Shown here piece after piece: positions 40,564 through 49,994 of a DNA stretch of 64,000 nucleotides. A program made the translations under genes and the position numbers. The notes beneath the pieces were generated by a model. It ran no database searches, was not told the origin of the DNA, and was given only the letters and a program-made list of their open reading frames with translations. Origin of the DNA: Candidatus Melainabacteria bacterium 17Bon1m. GTDB taxonomy: Bacteria > Cyanobacteriota > Vampirovibrionia > Obscuribacterales > Obscuribacteraceae. The stretch lies in contig JAVLKG010000008.1 of assembly GCA_032128875.1 (NCBI GenBank), positions 96,001 through 160,000 on the forward strand. The letters are read 5' to 3'. Every line of letters begins with the position of its first letter. The first letter of the stretch is position 1.

Positions 40564-41098
40564 TGGTCAGCGCCCCACGACGAAACATGACTACCCGAGT
40601 CTCCGGATAATTCATTCCCCATATTGATAAGAGATCTCACCTTAGCAAGTATTTTTTTTCAAGAATTAGTTTTATCAACCGTTTTGGGAAAGGATGCCTA
40701 TAACATTTTCGCTCCGTAGAAAGCATAATTCTCGCCCATCCCAAGCGCACCATATTTGATACCATCTTTCGGCAAATTTAGACAACAGGAACTAGTGGTG
40801 AGAACGTTGCCCGCGGAAATAGAATAATTTGCGTGAAACGGTCTTCGCGAACATCATAGTGAATCGCAATGCAATGCATTAATCGGTAAATTTCCGAGGA
40901 ATTTTCTCGGTTTTCTTTCTGATTTGAGGGAATTACCCAGGTTTTTCCCTCACCCGGTTTGTCCAAACACTCTGACATACAATAGTAGACAAGCGGGATA
41001 AAACGAGAGCGTAGAGGCTTTCGCCCCTACGCCCCGTAGCCTGCTTAGCAGTCAGTCAAGCGATGCCGGCAGAAACGCGTTTGGCGCGCAACTGTGGC

Positions 41099-41698
41099 TT
41101 AACGCTCGACGCGCTGATAGCAGCCCTTGCTGTCGGTGTAGCCGTAGCAGAGCCGCTCGGTGCACCACGTCGCAGTAACGACGCGCGTCACCGTAATGGG
41201 CACCTGGCGAATGCTGTAGACAGGCACATCGACACGCACCATGACGTAGCGTCCGCACTGACGATCCCAACGGCGTTCCCAACCTTCGGTGTAGCCGCTG
41301 ATGTAGCGCTCGTCACGGTAGCCGACGATCTCGGTGACGGTCACCTGGATCGGGTCGTGGCAGGGCGGCTGAACAACGACGACGGGCGGCGGGCACGGCG
41401 CAGGGACAACGACAACAGGAGGCTCGCAACGCGGCGCGGGCAGGATGACGACGGGCGGGCGGCGGTCCCAACGGTCATTGTGACCCCAGCGATCATTGCG
41501 ATCCCGGCGATCATTACGGTCCCAACGGTCATTGCGACCGTGGCGATCGCGGTCACCGACGCCAATCCGCACGGAGAAGCCGTCGCGGCCGGAGCCGACA
41601 CTGACGCCGACGCCGACGCGCACGTCCTGGGCAGAGGCGGGGCTCGAAAAGCCAAAGCCGAGGACAGCAGCACAGGCCAACAGGGTGATGGTCTTCAT
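41099..41698 (-). CDS. Secreted protein with RNDRWD and PPVVV low-complexity repeats
   Basis: Signal peptide MKTITLLA..PASA; AAGGA RBS. Confidence 0.75.
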   Translation of the reverse strand: MKTITLLACAAVLGFGFSSPASAQDVRVGVGVSVGSGRDGFSVRIGVGDRDRHGRNDRWDRNDRRDRNDRWGHNDRWDRRPPVVILPAPRCEPPVVVVPAPCPPPVVVVQPPCHDPIQVTVTEIVGYRDERYISGYTEGWERRWDRQCGRYVMVRVDVPVYSIRQVPITVTRVVTATWCTERLCYGYTDSKGCYQRVER

Positions 41699-41939
41699 AG
41701 GATTTCTTCCTTTTGGAACGCGTTTTTGCGTTCCTTTTTTCGAACGCTGAACGCGTTCAGGACCGCAACAAGTGCGTCCCTTCGTTAGTTGCGCAAAGCA
41801 CAACTACCCCAATCGCTTTGAGCACGCCGAATTCCAATCCCAACAACCGAAGGTTGCTGTTACAAGATTGAATTCCGTCGAAGCGGGCTGTGTCTTCTGG
41901 GTTTACGGTCTCAAAAGCTAAAGCGGAGGGGTAATTCGG

Positions 41940-41969
41940 ATTCTTAGTCACATCGCTTTACGATGTCAA
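41940..41969 (-). promoter_or_regulatory. Putative promoter TTGACA-N17-TAAGAA(T)
   Basis: Perfect -35; immediately precedes the folded leader 41699-41935. Confidence 0.5.
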
Positions 41970-42110
41970 GAAGCCGTAACGCAGGAATGGGCGTTTTCGA
42001 AGCGCTATTGGAAAAGACCGGCAGGACAATAGATAGCGCAACTAGCGTTTCTTCTAAGAAACCTCAAAACCCGCTATTCTTGCCACTTTTCTGTCACTTT
42101 TCCTGCAGAA

Positions 42111-43136
42111 TTAGTGGAGCTGACTAACCGGCTCGCGACGACGTGTCAACCGTTCTTCAGCCTTTGTGCGCAGTTCCGCTACCGTGTTACTCAAAATCTT
42201 GTCGCCTCGACTGGCTTTGTTGCAACATGCCAAACACTCCTCGTACTTGCCCTGCGCAAAATAAGACTGCGCTTTCAGGTAATTCGCTCGATTATTGTTG
42301 GGCTGAAATTTCAGCAGTTTGTCGAGCGCTTCGATTGCCTCATCATGCAGGTCCATTTGCTGAAAAGCCTGCGCTTGCAAGTCGTATGCCTCGCCGCGAT
42401 CGAAATGTTCCACTGCAAAATCCTGGTCCGAAAACTTCATCAACTTTCTGATTTCTTCAAGCGCCAGACCGGGTTTTTTATGCGCCAGATGCTCGCCTGC
42501 GTTTTGCAAAAGCCCTGACACCGGGTGGTCGTGCCGCGTCAGCACTGCAGGTGACACTGAACCTTTACCGATCACTTCTTGCAATTTGTTGCTCTTGGAC
42601 ATGCGCAACTCGCGCTTGTAATTGCGAATGTCACCTTCCTGCCTGTAGATATTTGCCAGATTCCAGTGCGCAAGCTTGTTGCCCGGCTCCATCTCAACCA
42701 CGCGCATGTAGTCGCGAAAGGCGTGCTTGCTGTCTTTGAGCTCTAGATAACACTTGCCGCGCATCTCATAAGGTTTTGCGAGCGTGGGCTCCAGCTTAAT
42801 TTGCCTTGTGCAATCAAGAATCGCCTTTTGATAGTCCTTGAGCTGCATGTAGGTTTTGGCGCGATAGTAATAGAGCGCGACCACATCGGGTCTGTCGCGC
42901 AGGCAGATGTTCAGCAACTTGAGGCAATTGTCGAACTTGCCCAGCGCCTCCAGCTTTTGATATTCAGCGATACAACGTTCCGGCGCCATCGAGCCAAGCG
43001 TCTTGGGAATATGAGGCCACAGGCGCGAGTTGTCGTGCGGCTGGTTTGCTTGCGCGGGGAGGAAAACGCAAAGAGCCGACGCAAGAGCGAGGGCGGATGG
43101 TGTTTTTCTCGAAACGCTGTAAGTGAAAGTGGACAT
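42111..43136 (-). CDS. Secreted TPR protein
   Basis: Signal peptide; multiple 34-aa TPRs. Confidence 0.85.
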   Translation of the reverse strand: MSTFTYSVSRKTPSALALASALCVFLPAQANQPHDNSRLWPHIPKTLGSMAPERCIAEYQKLEALGKFDNCLKLLNICLRDRPDVVALYYYRAKTYMQLKDYQKAILDCTRQIKLEPTLAKPYEMRGKCYLELKDSKHAFRDYMRVVEMEPGNKLAHWNLANIYRQEGDIRNYKRELRMSKSNKLQEVIGKGSVSPAVLTRHDHPVSGLLQNAGEHLAHKKPGLALEEIRKLMKFSDQDFAVEHFDRGEAYDLQAQAFQQMDLHDEAIEALDKLLKFQPNNNRANYLKAQSYFAQGKYEECLACCNKASRGDKILSNTVAELRTKAEERLTRRREPVSQLH

Positions 43137-43280
43137 GACTTTGGTAGATGGGGCAGCTCTATTTTTGTGCCACTTAGATCTCTAAAGCACTCGTAGCAAG
43201 AGGAAATTCGCCAGCTTCTACTATTTCTTTTAATAACAAAAGCACCAAAACGAAAGGCTAGAGAAGCCTCTCAAATCGAA

Positions 43281-43300
43281 GAAACGGGCGTACCCGTTTC
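43281..43300 (-). repeat. UNCG-capped hairpin, copy 1
   Basis: GAAACGGG-TACG-CCCGTTTC on the sense strand. Confidence 0.8.
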
Positions 43301-43332
43301 CTCCACTTTGGGAAAACCTAGAGCTGATGCGC

Positions 43333-44169
43333 TCAGATGCTGACTGCCCACTCGGCAATCTGCGTCAGAGTCGATTCGCCGCCGGTCTTCGGAGTCGACG
43401 CGCCCCAGGCGATGGCGTGTGCGACCACCTTCGGGAAAACATCGACGATGTCGGACGAACGCGCGTAATTGCGACCGGAGATGACAGCATTCGCGATGCT
43501 GGCATTGAGCACGTTGTGGGCGACACGAGGGCTGGCACCGAGTCCGAAGGTGGGCATGATGCCGATGCTGACTCGCTCCATGAACTCGACCGTGTCGGGA
43601 CGAGTGCCGCGAATAGCCTTGTTGATGCGGTTCGTGAAGGCCTCGTCGATGCTGTCGAGAATCTCGGCGTGCGCGGCGCGCATGTAGGCGATGTTGTCGG
43701 GGTTGAGCCCGTCAGCATCGATTACCGTGTCGAGCAACGCTTTGGCTGCCGACGGAGAATGCGAGCGCAGATCGAGCGAAACGACCAGACGACAGCGTAC
43801 GCTCTCGGGCAATTCCGTGCCCGCAAGCAGCATGACCACGTGAGCGCTCATCTTCGAATCGTCGACCGCGATGGCATTGACGATGTGGCAGAGCGGGTCG
43901 ACCGAGGTGATGACGTTGATGGCCTTGCCGTCGTAGGCGCGGCACAACGTGCGATTCGGAAGCGACCGTTCGACAAACGACGAAGCCTCGACAGCCTGCC
44001 AGCGCAGATCGTCGTCGAGGAATTTCACCCAGCCGGGACCGGGGCAAGCAGGAACATCGCGCTCTTCGCCAGTGACCACCAGTAACGGCTGGTTGGTGAC
44101 CAAGGAAAGAAGGAGGGCATGGCGCACGGATGCAGTCTTCATGACGTCTTCAGCGACAGACGTGAACAT
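43333..44169 (-). CDS. Degenerate MoxR-like AAA+ protein (no Walker A)
   Basis: ELPESVRCRL; lid GASPRVAHNVLNASIANAVISGRNYARSSDIVDVFPKVVAHAI. Confidence 0.7.
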   Translation of the reverse strand: MFTSVAEDVMKTASVRHALLLSLVTNQPLLVVTGEERDVPACPGPGWVKFLDDDLRWQAVEASSFVERSLPNRTLCRAYDGKAINVITSVDPLCHIVNAIAVDDSKMSAHVVMLLAGTELPESVRCRLVVSLDLRSHSPSAAKALLDTVIDADGLNPDNIAYMRAAHAEILDSIDEAFTNRINKAIRGTRPDTVEFMERVSIGIMPTFGLGASPRVAHNVLNASIANAVISGRNYARSSDIVDVFPKVVAHAIAWGASTPKTGGESTLTQIAEWAVSI

Positions 44170-44257
44170 TCACAGTCCTCCCGGGACATGTTGCGGAGCA
44201 GGGAAAAGCTCCTGGGAATCAAAGTCTATGAAGGTAGTCGTGCAGTCTGGTCGAACT

Positions 44258-44281
44258 GGGAAACGGGCGGACCCGTTTCCC
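44258..44281 (-). repeat. UNCG-capped hairpin, copy 2
   Basis: GGGAAACGGG-TCCG-CCCGTTTCCC. Confidence 0.8.
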
Positions 44282-44313
44282 TTTCGCGAAAGCAGGTGTG
44301 AAGTACCGCCGAC

Positions 44314-45126
44314 TCAGTCGTTGAGCGACCACTCGGCGATCTGCGTCAGAGCCTGACGATAGCCTTTCGTCGGGGCTCCGTCCCAGTTGATGCGGTGGGC
44401 GATGACCGACTCGACGAGGCGGACGACGTCCTCCTTGCCGAACTCGGTTTCACCACGAACAGCAGCGGCCGCGCAGCTGACGTGGAAGAGGTCGTGGTAG
44501 CAGCGGTCCGAGGGACCGTTGCCGAACGACGTCGCGAAGCCAGCCTTGACGCGCTTGCCTTGCGGCTCGGTGCCTTCCTTGAGGGAATGCACGAGGTCAC
44601 CGATTTGCTGGCGGAAGCGATTGCCCAGGCGAGCGGCGGTGCCGGCGTATGCCTTCAGCTTGAAGATGGCTTCGTCGCTGAACTCCGGACCTTCGGTCAG
44701 GAAGTTGATCAGCTCCACCACCGCAGCCGGCGGCAGACTGGTGGACAGCGAGATGCAGGCGCGTTCGCGGAAGCCGTAGGGAAGCGGCGGAACTCTGTCC
44801 GAGCGAATGTCGAGCAACACGGACTGGCCGAAGGGGGCCTCGGGCTGTGCCGGCAGGTCGTCGTAGTTGGTGACGATGCCGATCTTCTTGCCGAGCAGTT
44901 CGCGGTCGAGGTAACGCGGCTGGGACGCCGAGGTGTCGTCGGCCCGGACCATCTGGTGCGCGAAGTTGCGATTCAGGATGATCTTATTCGGCTTGTCCAG
45001 CACATACGGGACGGAGCCTGCGCTGCCGGTCTCGATGTGGACGGACTTGTCGGTGATCATCGCGATCAGAAGCAGACCCTTGAGTGCACGGGCGCTGGTG
45101 ATGAACTGAGAAGTAGTGTTGTACAT
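44314..45126 (-). CDS. Degenerate MoxR-like AAA+ protein (paralog of 43333)
   Basis: PLPYGFRER; lid GPSDRCYHDLFHVSCAAAAVRGETEFGKEDVVRLVESVIAHRI; shared LTQIAEW end. Confidence 0.7.
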   Translation of the reverse strand: MYNTTSQFITSARALKGLLLIAMITDKSVHIETGSAGSVPYVLDKPNKIILNRNFAHQMVRADDTSASQPRYLDRELLGKKIGIVTNYDDLPAQPEAPFGQSVLLDIRSDRVPPLPYGFRERACISLSTSLPPAAVVELINFLTEGPEFSDEAIFKLKAYAGTAARLGNRFRQQIGDLVHSLKEGTEPQGKRVKAGFATSFGNGPSDRCYHDLFHVSCAAAAVRGETEFGKEDVVRLVESVIAHRINWDGAPTKGYRQALTQIAEWSLND

Positions 45127-45184
45127 ACTTGCAGTCTCCATGGACTTTGTTGAACAGGATGGTTTCTTTGAGGGATATGCAAGC

Positions 45185-45210
45185 GGGGAGACGGGCGAAC
45201 CCGTAACCCC
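45185..45210 (-). repeat. UNCG-capped hairpin, copy 3
   Basis: GGGGttACGGG-TTCG-CCCGTctCCCC. Confidence 0.75.
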
Positions 45211-45244
45211 TATTCGTTAGCGGGCGAGCAAAACCCGCTTCAGC

Positions 45245-45913
45245 TCAGGCGAAGCGCTTGGCGTCGTCGGCGTCCATGATGACGTGCACGGAGGGCGTGC
45301 CGCCGGTCGGACGGAAGAAGAGCTGCGCGACGTGGTTGCCGGCGGCGTCGAAGAGCTTGCTCACGAACACGTTGTCCGTGTTGCGGAACTCCCAGCCGGC
45401 GGGCAGGATGACGTCGTTGTACTGGTAGCGCTCGCCGACGAACCGGACGCCCAGCTCGACGAGACGCTCGCGACCGCCTTCGTTGATGCGACGCGCCAGA
45501 CCGAAGGTGCGCACGCCGTCGGAAACGACCGGAGCCGGTGCGCTGCGCTCGGCGGTGAAGGCGGGGACCACGTCGGCAGCAGCCATCGGGTCGTCCTCCG
45601 TGAGGAAGACGTGGATGGAGCCGCAGCCGCCGGCGGGCTTGTAGAAGATCTTGGCGATCATCTTGCCGTCGGCGTCGAAGAGGCGCTTCTGCCAGGGGCT
45701 GACGCCGGAGTCGCGGATTTCCCAGCCGGCCGGCACTTCGCACTCGGCGAACTGGAAGGCGCGGATCGCATAGGCCTTCTCGCCTTCGGCGGTGAGCTTG
45801 GCGCCCAGCGCGAAGAGCTTGTCCCAGCCGCCTTCGTTGGCGCGCACCGGGAAGGAGAGGATGGTGGCGCCAGCGGTGGCGGCGGCGGCAATGGCGATAG
45901 CAGTGTTGGTCAT
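45245..45913 (-). CDS. Hypothetical protein with a tandemly duplicated domain
   Basis: VPAGWEIR..LFDADG..AKIFYKP / LPAGWEFR..LFDAAG..AQLFFRP. Confidence 0.85.
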   Translation of the reverse strand: MTNTAIAIAAAATAGATILSFPVRANEGGWDKLFALGAKLTAEGEKAYAIRAFQFAECEVPAGWEIRDSGVSPWQKRLFDADGKMIAKIFYKPAGGCGSIHVFLTEDDPMAAADVVPAFTAERSAPAPVVSDGVRTFGLARRINEGGRERLVELGVRFVGERYQYNDVILPAGWEFRNTDNVFVSKLFDAAGNHVAQLFFRPTGGTPSVHVIMDADDAKRFA

Positions 45914-46064
45914 ATCAGAACCCTTCGAAGTTGAGTTGACTTGAATTGAAGACGACGAAGCGTCAGCGGCTCAGTGAGCAGCTTCCGCTTCCATTGCAGG
46001 CACGTTTCGGTGAACGCCCGTAGGCGGTCACCCATGGTCGGAAGCCGGGCAGCCGGAGAGCTGC

Positions 46065-46400
46065 TCAGTTATCTTTCAAAAAACCCTGCCGTTCCCATTC
46101 GAGAACCTCTTCACGAGGAAAACCGTGCTCCAAGTGGAGCAGGGCACGGTTGCTGGTCTCGATCGGAACGTCCAGTTTCACACAGCGGCGCCGGTGATGC
46201 TCGGAATACGCTTCCTCCACTGTCGTTTCCTTCGGCATGCCGTATTGGCGAGCGAGTAAACCGGCGTACACGATACGCATGTCCGCGCCCCACTCGCGCA
46301 ACTTCTCGCCAGTAGGACAAAGTGGCTTGAGCGCCCGCTCAAGCTCTGCTCCAGAAAGTTGCTTTTGCGGTCCGAGAATCCTGTCGATGATGTTCTGCAT
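46065..46400 (-). CDS. Hypothetical protein
   Basis: GAAGGA RBS then MQNIID. Confidence 0.65.
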   Translation of the reverse strand: MQNIIDRILGPQKQLSGAELERALKPLCPTGEKLREWGADMRIVYAGLLARQYGMPKETTVEEAYSEHHRRRCVKLDVPIETSNRALLHLEHGFPREEVLEWERQGFLKDN

Positions 46401-46471
46401 TGCGCAGTTCCTTCTGCTTGAGAATTTCAAAACGGCAACTATTTGCCGTTCTGCCTCATTTGTGCAGTCGG

Positions 46472-47035
46472 TCAGTCGGAGCTGTCGGCGCCCCACTTGG
46501 CGAAGTCGATGCGATGCCAGAGCCCGGTGCGCTCCAGCAAGGCGACGACCTCATCGTAGCTGCGAATCTTGTCGGATTCGTTGTTGATGCAGGCACGCGC
46601 ACCCGAGTAGTCGCCGCGCCGCAGGCTGTGGACGACCGTGCGGACGCAGCTGATGCCGCGCCCTTCGTTCGCCTTCGACTGTAACTCGTCGAGTTTGTCG
46701 GCGAGCGCCTTCGCCTCGTCGATGTAGACGAGACGCGGGATGCGCACCTCCTCGCCCTCGGGATAGTGATACTCGAGCACGACACCGGCGAGTTCCAACG
46801 AGACACGCTCGTCGCAAAACTCGGACTCGTCATGCGGAGCGATTTCCAGAAGGCTCGCCTGAGCGCACTGGCGATAGCCTTCCGGCTTGGCGCGCAGATA
46901 CTGCATCACCACCGCGCCGACGATGCGCTCGCTGGCGTTGACGATGATAACGGCAGTACCATTGCCACCTTCGCCGCGGCAACGCACGGCGAAAGTCTTG
47001 CGAGCGTTTTTATCGGGACGATCCGATTTCGACAT
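46472..47035 (-). CDS. Hypothetical protein
   Basis: AAGGAG RBS then MSKSDR. Confidence 0.75.
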   Translation of the reverse strand: MSKSDRPDKNARKTFAVRCRGEGGNGTAVIIVNASERIVGAVVMQYLRAKPEGYRQCAQASLLEIAPHDESEFCDERVSLELAGVVLEYHYPEGEEVRIPRLVYIDEAKALADKLDELQSKANEGRGISCVRTVVHSLRRGDYSGARACINNESDKIRSYDEVVALLERTGLWHRIDFAKWGADSSD

Positions 47036-47116
47036 CTCATTCTCCTTGGAGAGACGCACAAGGGGGCGAGGTGCCCCCTTGCACAGGTTGTGGCGGAAAC
47101 GCGTCCGGCAGCCGAA

Positions 47117-48217
47117 CTAGGCCGCCTTGCGGAGCCGATGGATGAGGTCCTCGTAGGCGCGGACCTTCTCCTTCAGGTCGGCAGCCTGCGCCGCCAGAGC
47201 CAGCTCGTTGGTCTCGAGCTCGCCCATGATCGCCACCGCGCGATCGACCTCCTCGACCGAGTAGGCGAAGTGGCGGGCCATCTCGGCGTCGCTCTTCGCG
47301 TTCTTGGCCGCCTCGAACTCGGCATTCACCGCGGTGCGGCGCGTGTCGAGATCGTCCTTGATGACGGCGAGATGCGAGTTCGCCTCGGCGTCCTCGGCCT
47401 TGCCGTCCTTCGCGTAGCGCTGCTTGAGACGCCCATAGGAGAGCGTGTCGAGCTGGAGCTGCTGCTTGGCCGCGGTGGCGGCGTCGAAGCGCTTCTTCGC
47501 CGCAACGAACTCGACCGCCGCCTCGCGATCGCGCTCGCTCACGCCCTTCAGGTCCGCCGCGAGCTTGTTGTTGCTCTCCTTGAACCCGTCGATGGCCACG
47601 AGCACCGCACGCATCTGGTAGGCGAGCGCGACGGCATTGCTGTCGGCGAGACCGGCGCGCTGGGCGAACGCGAACTGCACGTTGCCGAGGTCGACCTTGG
47701 CGATGGGCGTGAGCCAGGCGGTGGCCTGCTCGTACGCATCGCCGCCGGGCGCGAAGATGTAGCCCTGCTCGAACATCTTCTCGGCGACGGGGTCCGCGGG
47801 CGGGGTCTCGGTCGAGGGACCGAAGGACCACACGCGCGGCGCCTCGTTGTGCGAACGGTCGTCGCGCTTCGAGCGGTCACCGTTGTGGCGATCGCCCTTG
47901 TTGCGGTCGTTGCCCTTGCGCTTCCCGTTGTTGCCCTTGCCGTGCTGGTCCTTGCGGTCCTGCGAGGTGTTGGGCTTGCCGGCGGCGACGGGGCTCTGGT
48001 AGTCGGCGGGCTGCTCGACCTTCTCGATGCACGTCAGGAAGAACACCGTCTTGGTCGGGTTCTCGCCGCGGATGAAGACGCGCCAGAACTCGCCGGCGTT
48101 GGGCTGCGAGCTGCGCTTGTCGGGGAACGCGATGCGACCCTGAACGCGAGCCTCGGACTTCACACCGCGGTCGGCGGCAACGAAACGCACAACGAAGGAG
48201 TTATTCGGCTGAGTCAT
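47117..48217 (-). CDS. Hypothetical protein: small N-terminal beta domain, basic low-complexity linker, long coiled coil
   Basis: GGAGG RBS; extreme GC3; heptad-rich C-terminus. Confidence 0.8.
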   Translation of the reverse strand: MTQPNNSFVVRFVAADRGVKSEARVQGRIAFPDKRSSQPNAGEFWRVFIRGENPTKTVFFLTCIEKVEQPADYQSPVAAGKPNTSQDRKDQHGKGNNGKRKGNDRNKGDRHNGDRSKRDDRSHNEAPRVWSFGPSTETPPADPVAEKMFEQGYIFAPGGDAYEQATAWLTPIAKVDLGNVQFAFAQRAGLADSNAVALAYQMRAVLVAIDGFKESNNKLAADLKGVSERDREAAVEFVAAKKRFDAATAAKQQLQLDTLSYGRLKQRYAKDGKAEDAEANSHLAVIKDDLDTRRTAVNAEFEAAKNAKSDAEMARHFAYSVEEVDRAVAIMGELETNELALAAQAADLKEKVRAYEDLIHRLRKAA

Positions 48218-48823
48218 AGTAGCCTCCATATCGGTTCATCAGAACCAGGGGTTCAATAGCAGCGCTTCGCGAACGCGAAACACTCGACGCCCAACTTGTT
48301 TCCAAAGCCAAAAACAATCAGTTTCCCAGCACTTGTGTCACTCCGCTGCAGCAACTGCTGCAAGGAAAGTGGCACGAATAAGCGCTGAGGAAGTGATTTA
48401 GACTTGCGTCTTTTAATTTCTGGCGAAAGGAAATAGATGAGTACTTTTAGAAGAACATGAGAGCCGTATAAGATCCTATGAAGTTGGACGTTACAAACAT
48501 TCTTAACGCCGCGTAATAATATTCGACAGGTAAGGCTACCTTGCCTTTCAGGACGCGCGGGTGGCACTTTTGGTGCATCTCAAAACTTTTCTTCGACCTC
48601 AGAGAGTTGCTACAGAGGCCATTTCTTCAAAGACTCTTGAGTTGAACACTGTTCGCGCAACTTGAAGTGGATCTCATTTTTCGATCAAAGTGGTCCAGCA
48701 CTAGATCTAATTCGCGAAACTAGCGTCCACGATTTTGTTATCCACTCTCATACAATGCAATTGAAGTTCATTTGAAACGCGTTCGAACGGCACTGCGGTT
48801 TTCACTAATGATGCGGTTTTTGC

Positions 48824-49132
48824 TCACGAATTGTTCACGGTCGATTCACGCCTTGCAACATACTTTTGCGAACGGTCAGGGAGATTCTCTCGAGATTTTT
48901 CTTCCTGCATAACCTTTTCTCTCATTCGCGTTTCTTCCTTCCAGACCCTATCTCCATAAACCGCAACGGTCGAAATTGACCGCAACTTTTTCTTGCACTC
49001 GTTTGTCGCCAACCGAAATAGCGCGCGGCTGCATTGAGATGCAACATCAGCCGAATGCCGGTGGACACTGAACCACTCTTTCATGACTGCGGCTGTGTCG
49101 CAGTCGTCTTCAACAATCAAAATTTTCGCCAT
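48824..49132 (-). pseudogene. Truncated response-regulator receiver remnant
   Basis: MAKILIVEDD..VMKEWF..HSADVA, then similarity is lost before the phospho-Asp. Confidence 0.45.
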
Positions 49133-49290
49133 GCTCAGATCCTGTGCGCCTCGCGTGGCAACGTCGCGACAGCTGCTACATGGTTTAGTACAGGCATTCA
49201 AAACAGAAAGACGGGAAAAGTCCACGAAGCTCTCGCCTCGTAGACTAATCTCCCGCCTTCTGCCGCCAGCTGCGAACAGAAGCTTAAGGC

Positions 49291-49893
49291 TTACGCCTTT
49301 TCCAGCGCTTCGCGCACCAGGTCTTGCATCATGTCGCCGAGGCGAGCCCAGACCTGTTCTTTCTGCTCATCGGTGAGGCCGTCCCACCACATCGCTTCGC
49401 CGGCAAGGAATGCGGCCGACGGTGGCTCGCCGTTTTTCACAGCGGTGACCACACGCGCCAGTCCGGCGGTGGTGTTGTCGTGAACGTACTGGCGCTGATT
49501 TTCGCTGAGCCCCGCCCACCAGGCTTTGTCTTCATCGAAGACGAAACCTTCAGGAAGTGGCTCTCCGCGCAGAACAGCGTCGACGACTTCACGGATGCGA
49601 GCGCCGCCGACCAGACCGGAGAAGCGGAAGGTTCGCCCGTCTTCGAGTGCCACGTAACCGGTCCACTGCTTGGACACGGGCGTGAGCTCGAGACCGTGGC
49701 CGCAACACGCATTGAGCGTGCCGGGCAGATTGGCAATGCACGGGTCTTGCTGACCCGATGAACATTTGACATTGCAGCCCGCGCACGCGCGCAAGTTGGC
49801 TGCATCGACAAGCACGCCGTCGGCTTGATAGACGACGCCGTGATCAGTTTCTTCGATGACGTGACCGAAGAGAGTATCGACCTTGAACAGCAT
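49291..49893 (-). CDS. Hypothetical Cys/His-motif protein
   Basis: CAGC..DPCIANLPGTLNACCGHG; duplicated WWxGLxxxQ at the C-terminus. Confidence 0.8.
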   Translation of the reverse strand: MLFKVDTLFGHVIEETDHGVVYQADGVLVDAANLRACAGCNVKCSSGQQDPCIANLPGTLNACCGHGLELTPVSKQWTGYVALEDGRTFRFSGLVGGARIREVVDAVLRGEPLPEGFVFDEDKAWWAGLSENQRQYVHDNTTAGLARVVTAVKNGEPPSAAFLAGEAMWWDGLTDEQKEQVWARLGDMMQDLVREALEKA

Positions 49894-49994
49894 AGTCGGT
49901 TTCCCTGTACTTGTTTTGCGAAAGGAAACGGCAAAAGAGCCGGGGTCACCAAATGACTGGTAACGCCCGGCTCTCCGCCTACGATTGCTCCGGA

